NCBI GenBank assembly: GCA_003645885.1
Contig: QNCW01000001.1
Span: 1-40,271, forward strand
DNA from: Candidatus Latescibacterota bacterium
GTDB lineage: Bacteria; Latescibacterota; 4484-107; B68-G9
DNA length: 40,271 nucleotides
Reading direction: 5' to 3'
This document shows positions 34,401 to 40,271 of the stretch, one piece after another (within the stretch, counting starts at the first letter, position 1; every line of letters starts with the position of its first letter). The position numbers were made by a program, and so were the translations under genes. The notes beneath the pieces were generated by a model. The model saw only the letters and a list, made by a program, of their open reading frames with translations, did no database searches and was not told the origin of the DNA.

Positions 34401-35039
34401 GGGGTGGAGCCCATAGTGTACGGGAGCGCTGAAACGAAGGTCAGGGACGAGAACACGGGAAGGGAACTTCCCGTATACCTCCGGCTTTACGCCTGGGACC
34501 CTAAGACCGGAGCGAAGCTGGAGCGGGCTCCCCTGAACGAATGTTTCTTGGATGTGGAAGTCCCCCCTTCCTGGGACATCTCTAAGGAAGAGGTGCTCAG
34601 GCTCTTAGGATATCCCTTGGAGGAGTACCCCAGGAAGGTGGCCGAAGCGCTGGGGATAGGCGTAGAGGACAGGGTCTTCCGCTCCCTCCTCTCGCCCATA
34701 GAGTACCGCCTCAGGAGGGCCATAGGCCTGGACGTGTTACAGATTCAGCCCTCCCTTATGAGGAACCTCCTCGCCCCTTCGGGCCCTTCCCTCACTTCCC
34801 TGCTTTACGGGACTAAATTTACCTTGGGCGAACGCATAGGTACGAGGGGTCTCCTGTTCTACAGGGGGGAGCTGGAACCTCCTAAGCCCCCCTACGGGGA
34901 GCTATGGAGCGTGCAGCACCTCTTAGGATTGGAGTACAGGCTGTGGACGGACACATGGCTGAAGCTCGAATACTCCTACGATCCCCTCTCCGGGCAAAGG
35001 GACAGGCGAGTGGGACTTCGGCACAGGATATGGTGGTGA
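31416..35039 (+). CDS. TamB-like translocation/assembly module protein (AsmA-like, DUF490-type C-terminus)
   Basis: 1207 aa. An N-terminal membrane anchor (WKVALVVGAAVGCYLGV) is followed by a long repetitive beta-rich body. The C-terminus is ..GTKFTLGERIG.R.LLFYRG...LGLEYRLW.D.WLKLEYSY. The gene sits immediately upstream of bamA. Confidence 0.78.
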   Translation: MLVGRPWKVALVVGAAVGCYLGVRALQGLTLRYLQGLASSKLGRRVSVGSLHIGLGTWHLSDVRISDQVQIPLLRLKYRLLPWKVTEISLYGPILNPKGGPPVLRLHPPPVPLNFRRGRLPPWAEDLSGRIYADGDTVRLEMEGSLGDGAFSLKGHMDGKSGTGRMELTAREVDLRSLPKEISSWAPSGLLSLRAELFLKDFSPCRAAFRMQGEDLTLKGLSPLSRVWLEGEWDGRCMLIRRLKGISQGRYFEGEGRITDEGPDLHILIPQFELASATDGFLNGKGDIRLKIKGTWEGMNITGRGKVPIALLGRVRMEDVSFSFQQEPGLFRLSRASGYIGGGRVEGWGRFPRKGPSRSSWRIEGVEGEALWGFLLPKVRLPKGKIWGTLYCKGEEWRFVLDRAELVWRGRVLPTLRGVLRREGGQVKFRISGPGLEAAGQATKGGFKVSLRVEGSHHLAGRDLPLTGELTASSTDDGPIVGHLHIKGPFWEAAGPYELLPRGEELVLLLKRGSVYMSGRAIPYRGAVRVGPGGVVWDLEVAGGKLSGRKEEGELLASLDDFSLAWLGLEGSLSGRVRAYGGSGGGSLTLSNFGLKGRGGMEGSFRFGWDEEGPWLEGTVQDRWGTLGEVSYRGGEFRAVGLDVEISRIAQLLPLQRRLRGMFSYDVEVSGRDYKAHVEAVGVRFGEVGIGYVGGEVRGKLDGNAMLRLKLSGERMKGKAEGTLKDGTLDLKMSLEGDLLSSLLVLGGGVKASGYGKLELALGGPYDSPKLKEFNLSLKDGKISWGPTEVRNIVVEARMEPDGFLKVGKFEAKLDGGRLEVSNRRGERPLKLEVLGGVNLGVLQLNTGPSGIELHIPGIMSPGRTGTFVLYGRRPDEPFLIEGPSSLPRMVGTVLLRNAEITYPPTGGKRPSIWDRTDWDLTLVAGEEVWYLRDAIFGAGARLRIEEGDRLTLHGCPARGDFWVEGSLRATSGTIFYLDKEFWVEEAGIEFNTKYGVEPIVYGSAETKVRDENTGRELPVYLRLYAWDPKTGAKLERAPLNECFLDVEVPPSWDISKEEVLRLLGYPLEEYPRKVAEALGIGVEDRVFRSLLSPIEYRLRRAIGLDVLQIQPSLMRNLLAPSGPSLTSLLYGTKFTLGERIGTRGLLFYRGELEPPKPPYGELWSVQHLLGLEYRLWTDTWLKLEYSYDPLSGQRDRRVGLRHRIWW

Positions 35040-35059
35040 TGTAACTTAGGAGGCAGACC

Positions 35060-37324
35060 ATGATGGTAGTCCTACTTTCCTTCGTCGTGGCATGGGGTTC
35101 GGATATGAACATAACGGAGATCGAAGTAAGAGGGGCCGCCAGGACGGACACGGCCTTGATATTGGAGGCGTCCGGACTTTCCCCGGGGCAGGAGGTCACG
35201 CTGGAAAAGGTCCAAAGCGCCATCCGCAGGCTTTACGCCCTCGGACTCTTCAAGGATGTACGCATATGGGCCGACGAGGACTCCGGGGGCGTTAGCTTGA
35301 CCGTAGAGGTCGAGGAGAACCCTGTCCTGACCGAAATATCCTTCGAGGGCAACAAGGCCCTCAAAGAGCGGGAGCTCAGGGATGCCCTCCACTTTACGGA
35401 AGGGCAGGTCGTAAGCTCCAAGGTGATACACGACGGCCGGAGGTCCATAAAGGAACTGTACGAGGACAAGGGATACCTCTCAGCGGAAGTCAGGGCCGTG
35501 GTGACCCCTGCAGGGAAGGGCAGGGTCCGTCTTACGTATCTGATAGACGAGGGGAAGAAGGTCAGGGTGAAGAGGATCAACTTTATAGGAAACCAGGCCT
35601 TCGAGGACGGGAAGTTGAAGAAGCTCATGAAGACCAAGGAAGCTCGGTGGTGGAGGAAGGGGGAATTCAAGGAGGAGGTCTACAGAACCGACTTGGATAA
35701 GGTCCTGCAATTCTATAGGAACCACGGGTACAGGGACGTTCAGGTGGTGAAGGACAGCATATATTACGACAGTTCGAAGCGCAACCTCTTCGTAGATATT
35801 TACCTCAAAGAAGGCCCTCGGTATCGCTTCGGCAAGGTGACATGGGAGGGCAACGAGGCCCTAACCGACGAGCAGTTGAAGGCCCTTCTGGATTTGAAGG
35901 AAGGGGAAGTGTACGACGAAGGAAAGTACGATCGTATCTATCAGAGCCTCCTTTCCGCGTACCAGGAGAAGGGGTACATATCGGCATCCGTCGACAGACG
36001 GGAGAGCATAAGGGGGGACACTCTGGACGTCCACTTCGTGATCCAGGAGGGCCGGCCGTCCAGGGTGCACAGGATAATGATAGCCGGTAACCGCAAGACC
36101 AAGGACAAGGTGATACTCAGGGAACTGGTCCTGGTTCCGGGGCAGGTCTTTCGAAGGTCGGACCTCGAAAGGAGCATAAGGAACCTATACATGCTCAACT
36201 ACTTCAGCAGCGTGACGCCGGAGCCCAAGTTCTTGGAGGACGGAGATGTCGACCTCCTCATAAGGGTGAAGGAGAAGCCCACGGGCCAGGCGTCCGTGGG
36301 CCTGGGATACAGCGAGCAATATAAGCTCATAGGTACGGTCGGCCTCATGATCCCGAACCTCTTCGGAAACGGCCAACAGTTGGACCTCACCTGCGATCTC
36401 GGAAGGCGTAGGGAGGTCCTGAGGTTCGATTTCACGGAACCCTGGCTACTGGACACCCCGACGAGCTTGAGCTTGGAAGTTTACCACATCCACGATAAAT
36501 CTTACACCGACTTCCACGAAAGGCGTACTGGCCTTTCGCTCAGGCTCGGGAGGAGGCTGAGCTGGCTGGACGAGTACTCCCGCCTCTACGGAAGGTACAG
36601 GCTCGAGGAGGTGGACTACCCCTACATAGCCCCGGATTCGGTCTACACCGACCCGTACGGCCTCAGGAAGAGAAGTTGGCCCGAGAGGGCCAGCAGTGCG
36701 GGAATTACCTTCCTCAGGGACAGCAGGGACCTCCCGGAGTTCCCCACGAAAGGTTCCATCCTTTCCCTCTCCGGTGAGTGGGCCGGCGGTCTCCTCGGGG
36801 GGGAGGAAGCGTATCAGAAGTACAAGCTCGACTGGGAGGTCTTCGTGCCAACGTTTTGGAAGTTCGTGCTCGTCCTGAGGGGAAGGGCGGGGTTGGTGGA
36901 CGAGCTGGGTGGGAAGGGATACATCCCGTTCGGGGAAAGGTTTATGCCGGGAGGGGTGAGTTGGGACGGGATGATAAGGGGATACGAAGACAGAAGCGTA
37001 GTGCCGTACGAGGACGGAAAGCCCATGGGTGGGAGGACGGCCTTGATCCTCAACCTGGAGTACCAGTTCCCCATCGTGGAGGGGCAGCTCTACGGGCTTT
37101 TGTTCGCCGATGCTGGGAACTCCTGGAGGGATTGGAAGGATGCGCATCCGCTTAAGCTTAAGCGTTCTATAGGATTAGGGGTAAGGCTTGTGATGCCCCC
37201 TATGGGCACCGTAGGGTTCGACTTCGGGTACAGGTTGGACGAAGTTAGGGACGATAGGGGAAAGGTTCTGCAGCCCAAGGGTAAGTGGAACACCCACTTC
37301 CAGCTCGGAAGGCAATTCTTCTGA
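35060..37324 (+). CDS. bamA: Outer membrane protein assembly factor BamA
   Basis: Five POTRA-like repeats (I.EI.V.G....D..IL, I.FEGN.A, INFIGN.AF, V.WEGN.AL, I.IAGN.KT). The C-terminal beta-barrel has VGLGYS, RGY and a terminal aromatic (..LGRQFF). Confidence 0.92.
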   Translation: MMVVLLSFVVAWGSDMNITEIEVRGAARTDTALILEASGLSPGQEVTLEKVQSAIRRLYALGLFKDVRIWADEDSGGVSLTVEVEENPVLTEISFEGNKALKERELRDALHFTEGQVVSSKVIHDGRRSIKELYEDKGYLSAEVRAVVTPAGKGRVRLTYLIDEGKKVRVKRINFIGNQAFEDGKLKKLMKTKEARWWRKGEFKEEVYRTDLDKVLQFYRNHGYRDVQVVKDSIYYDSSKRNLFVDIYLKEGPRYRFGKVTWEGNEALTDEQLKALLDLKEGEVYDEGKYDRIYQSLLSAYQEKGYISASVDRRESIRGDTLDVHFVIQEGRPSRVHRIMIAGNRKTKDKVILRELVLVPGQVFRRSDLERSIRNLYMLNYFSSVTPEPKFLEDGDVDLLIRVKEKPTGQASVGLGYSEQYKLIGTVGLMIPNLFGNGQQLDLTCDLGRRREVLRFDFTEPWLLDTPTSLSLEVYHIHDKSYTDFHERRTGLSLRLGRRLSWLDEYSRLYGRYRLEEVDYPYIAPDSVYTDPYGLRKRSWPERASSAGITFLRDSRDLPEFPTKGSILSLSGEWAGGLLGGEEAYQKYKLDWEVFVPTFWKFVLVLRGRAGLVDELGGKGYIPFGERFMPGGVSWDGMIRGYEDRSVVPYEDGKPMGGRTALILNLEYQFPIVEGQLYGLLFADAGNSWRDWKDAHPLKLKRSIGLGVRLVMPPMGTVGFDFGYRLDEVRDDRGKVLQPKGKWNTHFQLGRQFF

Positions 37325-37337
37325 AAAGGAGGAGAAC

Positions 37338-37853
37338 ATGAGGGTGGTCGTTCTGATGATAGTTTTGGGACTCTCGATCCAATCCGCTTGGGGCAAGGTC
37401 CTCAGGATAGGTTACATCAACTCGGATAGGATACTTTCCGAGTACAAGGAGTTTGCGGTCGTACAGGAGAAGATAAAGAGGATGGAGCAGCAGTGGGAAC
37501 AGGAGGCCAAGGCCAAAAGGGAGGAAATCCGCAGGCTCGAGGACACTTACGAAAGTCAAAGGCTGCTTTTAAGCGACGAGAAGAGGATGGAGATGGAAAG
37601 GGAGATCAACCGTAAGTATCAAGAATATCAGGAGTTTTTAAACGAAATCTTAGGGCCCGAGGGCAAGAGGGCCAGGAAGATCCAGGAACTATCCAAGCCT
37701 ATATACGACAAGATAAACTCGGTCCTCGCTAAGATAGCCGAGGAGGAGGGACTGGACTTCATCTTCGATGTCTCGGTTCCTGCCGTGGTCTTCGCCCGTC
37801 CAGAATACGACCTTACGGATAAGGTCTTAGAATATTTGAACAAAGAGAAGTGA
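37338..37853 (+). CDS. skp: OmpH/Skp family periplasmic chaperone
   Basis: A signal peptide is followed by [16 protein letters not shown], a long charged coiled-coil, and ..[12 protein letters not shown]. The gene sits between bamA and lpxD. Confidence 0.87.
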   Translation: MRVVVLMIVLGLSIQSAWGKVLRIGYINSDRILSEYKEFAVVQEKIKRMEQQWEQEAKAKREEIRRLEDTYESQRLLLSDEKRMEMEREINRKYQEYQEFLNEILGPEGKRARKIQELSKPIYDKINSVLAKIAEEEGLDFIFDVSVPAVVFARPEYDLTDKVLEYLNKEK

Positions 37854-38923
37854 AGGGGTTGACCTTAGACCAGGTGGCGAAGCTTGTGGGCGGGGAATTG
37901 GTGGGGGACGGCTCGGTCCCCATCTTCGGCATCGCCCCCCTGGACGAGGCCGGGGAGGGGGACCTGAGCTTCGCCGATACCAGGCATGGGGAACTGGTCC
38001 GCACCACTAAGGCCTCCGCCCTCATACTTCCGGCCGAGCTGAAGGACGAATTCCCCGGCCCCAAGGTCATCTCTCCCAACCCATACTTGAGCTTCCAGAG
38101 GGCCATGCTCCTCTTCTACGGCCAACACACCGAGCTTCCCAGGGGGATACACCGGACTGCGGTCGTGGGGAAGGGCGTGGTCTTAGGGGAGAGGGTATCC
38201 ATAGGGCCGTACGCGGTGGTCGAGGAGGGTTGTGAGATAGGGGACGGGGTGTACATAGGTGCAGGATGTTACGTAGGCCCGAGGTGTAGGATAGGTCCGG
38301 GTTCGAGGCTCTACCCGCATGTGGTGCTCTATCCGGATGTGGAACTGGGAAGGGAGGTCGTCGTACACAGTGGGACGGTGATAGGGGCCGACGGGTTCGG
38401 GTTCGCATTCGACGGGAGGGAGTATCACAAGATACCGCAGGTGGGGAGGGTGGTGATAGAGGACGGCGTCGAGATAGGGGCGCAGGTCGCCATAGACAGG
38501 GCGACCTTAGGGTGCACGTTGGTAGGTAAGGGGACGAAGATAGACAACCTCGTACAGGTGGCCCATAACGTGAAGATAGGCCCCCACACCGTGATAGCTG
38601 GACAGGTCGGGATCTCCGGGAGCACTAAGGTAGGGGCGTACGTCCAGGTAGGGGGGCAGGCGGGGTTCAAGGACCACATAGAGGTGGGGGAAGGAGCCAA
38701 GGTGGCCGCACGGTCCGGCGTGACCAAGTCCGTGCCCCCAGGAACCCAGGTCTCGGGCTACCCTGCGAGGCCCCACAGGAGACAACTGAGGATAGAGGCC
38801 GTCCTCTCCAAGCTCCCGGAGCTTATGAGGCTCGTGATGGAACAGCAGGAGAGGATAGCCCGTTTGGAGGAAATCCTTGGGAAGGGAGAGCAAGATGTTG
38901 AAGAAGCAGAGGACGATAGGTAG
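37850..38923 (+). CDS. lpxD: UDP-3-O-acylglucosamine N-acyltransferase
   Basis: N-terminus [14 protein letters not shown], left-handed beta-helix hexapeptide repeats, active-site region GADGFGF, HNV.IG and a C-terminal helix. GTGA overlap with the skp stop. Confidence 0.93.
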   Translation: MKGLTLDQVAKLVGGELVGDGSVPIFGIAPLDEAGEGDLSFADTRHGELVRTTKASALILPAELKDEFPGPKVISPNPYLSFQRAMLLFYGQHTELPRGIHRTAVVGKGVVLGERVSIGPYAVVEEGCEIGDGVYIGAGCYVGPRCRIGPGSRLYPHVVLYPDVELGREVVVHSGTVIGADGFGFAFDGREYHKIPQVGRVVIEDGVEIGAQVAIDRATLGCTLVGKGTKIDNLVQVAHNVKIGPHTVIAGQVGISGSTKVGAYVQVGGQAGFKDHIEVGEGAKVAARSGVTKSVPPGTQVSGYPARPHRRQLRIEAVLSKLPELMRLVMEQQERIARLEEILGKGEQDVEEAEDDR

Positions 38924-40271
38924 GTCAATCTCTGTGGAAGGGATAGGTCTCCACACGGGGGAGCATACCAAGGTCACCTTCCATCCAGCTCCCATAAACT
39001 CGGGCATAACCTTCGTACGCTCGGACCTTCCGGACAGGCCCAAGATACCGGCGGACATAGACTACGTGGTGGACATATCCAGGGGGACCACCTTGGGGGT
39101 CGGGAAGATTCAGGTTCGCACGGTGGAACACCTCTTGGCAGCCCTGGTGGGGCTCGAGATCGACAACGTGGAAGTCGAGATGATGGGCGAGGAACCTCCG
39201 GTCGGGGACGGAAGCGCCCTTCCCTTCGTGGAGGCGCTTTTGGAAGCTGGGATAGTTGAGCAGGACTCCCCCAAGGATTACATAGATATAGAGGATGTGA
39301 TATCCTACGATCTGGAGAAGAGCAGGGGGGTGGAGCTCGTCGTGCTCCCGTCGGACGACCTCAAGGTGACCTTTATGAGCGACCCTAGAAACCCCGCGGT
39401 CGGGACCCAATACACGGTCATGTTCTCCTTGGACGAGTTCGTAAAGGAGTTCGCCCCGGCCCGTACCTTCGCCTTCTTAAGCGAGATCCGTTCCCTGAGG
39501 GAAGGGGGACTCATAAAGGGGGGAGGTCTGGACAACGCATTGGTCATAGTCGACAAGGAGATAACCTCGGACGAGCTGGAGTACCTTAAGGAGCTCTTCG
39601 GGATAGAGGAGGACGTCTTCGTCGGAAGGACCAACATTCTGAACGATATACCACTGCGTTTCCCGAACGAGTTCTGCAGGCATAAGGTCGTGGACCTCTT
39701 GGGCGACCTCGCCCTTTTGGGGGCTCCCCTCAAAGGACATGTCATGGCAGCAAGCTCAGGACATAAGGCCAACATAGAGCTGGTGAAGCGCATCCGACAG
39801 GTATACAGGAAGAGGAAGATGATAAGCAAGTATCAGCCCAAGGAGGGTAAGGGTTCCGTCTTAGATATAACGGCCATCCAGAAGATAATGCCCCACCGAT
39901 ATCCCTTCCTCCTTGTGGACAGGATATTGGACCTCGTCCCCGGCGAGAGGGTGGTGGGGCTTAAGAACGTGACCATGAACGAGCCTTTCTTCCCCGGACA
40001 CTTCCCAGGCCAGCCGGTCATGCCGGGGGTGCTCATAATAGAGGCTATGGCCCAGGTGGGAGGGGTGCTCCTCCTGAACGGGGAGGAAGATCCGGAGGAC
40101 AAACTCGTATACTTTATGGGAATAGATAACGCCAGGTTCAGAAAACCCGTGGTTCCCGGGGACCAGCTGCTCTTCGAACTTGAGATGGTGCACAGGAGGA
40201 GGAGGTCCTGCAAGATGCACGGAAGGGCCTACGTGGACGGGGACCTCGTGGCCGAGGCCGACCTCATGGCC
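38895..40271 (+). CDS. lpxC: Bifunctional UDP-3-O-acyl-GlcNAc deacetylase / 3-hydroxyacyl-ACP dehydratase (LpxC-FabZ fusion), 3'-truncated by the window edge
   Basis: Absent from the ORF track because it has no stop in the window. I translated it by hand from ATG 38895 and frame 3 stays open to 40271 (459 codons). LpxC motifs: [42 protein letters not shown]. After a basic linker (about nt 39810-39860) come FabZ motifs [28 protein letters not shown] and IEAMAQ. It overlaps lpxD by 29 nt. Confidence 0.9.
   Translation, partial: MLKKQRTIGRSISVEGIGLHTGEHTKVTFHPAPINSGITFVRSDLPDRPKIPADIDYVVDISRGTTLGVGKIQVRTVEHLLAALVGLEIDNVEVEMMGEEPPVGDGSALPFVEALLEAGIVEQDSPKDYIDIEDVISYDLEKSRGVELVVLPSDDLKVTFMSDPRNPAVGTQYTVMFSLDEFVKEFAPARTFAFLSEIRSLREGGLIKGGGLDNALVIVDKEITSDELEYLKELFGIEEDVFVGRTNILNDIPLRFPNEFCRHKVVDLLGDLALLGAPLKGHVMAASSGHKANIELVKRIRQVYRKRKMISKYQPKEGKGSVLDITAIQKIMPHRYPFLLVDRILDLVPGERVVGLKNVTMNEPFFPGHFPGQPVMPGVLIIEAMAQVGGVLLLNGEEDPEDKLVYFMGIDNARFRKPVVPGDQLLFELEMVHRRRRSCKMHGRAYVDGDLVAEADLMA

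Noticed and set aside
1-40271. A search by eye for CRISPR arrays, tandem or interspersed DNA repeats, tRNA/rRNA/tmRNA genes, transposases, integrases, toxin-antitoxin pairs and phage genes.
   Set aside because: None was found. All intergenic spaces longer than 30 nt (580-875, 13597-13667, 13944-14388, 20239-20318, 25380-25482) were read on both strands. The only periodicity I saw was protein-level, namely the FG-GAP, TPR, POTRA and hexapeptide repeats inside genes.

Overview
This is a 40.3-kb, very gene-dense, GC-rich window (roughly 60% GC by eye). It looks like it comes from a thermophilic, outer-membrane-bearing (diderm) bacterium. Arg is mostly AGG/AGA and Ile mostly ATA despite the high GC. 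Almost every gene has a GGAGG-type Shine-Dalgarno (SD), and many neighbours share ATGA/GTGA stop-start overlaps. I call 35 CDS (one is a tentative 57-aa ORF missing from the ORF track), a few promoter and terminator candidates, and one candidate structured RNA. I saw no rRNA, tRNA, CRISPR array, transposase or integrase.

Layout:
- 1-579: 3' part of a caspase-family gene.
- 876-10182 (+): an 11-gene coupled array: cobB, apgM-like, lysC, proC, hisH, hisA, Zn-ADH, lpxL-family, lptC-like, lptA-like, lptB.
- 10179-13943 (-): hup, purA, folC, MBL hydrolase.
- 13944-14388: a 445-bp intergenic region with a ~174-nt nested helical element, upstream of a xylose-isomerase-like TIM-barrel gene.
- 15214-20001 (-): the most unusual block. 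It is a five-gene operon: Tat-DUF362, UPF0280/COG2122, NIL-4Fe4S ferredoxin, Tat-signal AmmeMemoRadiSam radical SAM enzyme, and a signal-peptide Memo-AMMECR1 fusion. It has its own near-consensus promoter with an essentially leaderless first gene.
- 20033-25379 (-): catalytically dead M16 peptidase, a 1108-aa TPR/FG-GAP/ASPIC-UnbV protein, an orphan hydrogenase-maturation-type endopeptidase, a 57-aa ORF, and a terminator hairpin.
- 25483-40271 (+): lysS, lolC/E-lolD, clpC, and the envelope cluster tamB-like, bamA, skp, lpxD and an lpxC-fabZ fusion that runs off the window and is absent from the ORF track.

All functional calls come from motif recognition in the translations. No database search was possible.
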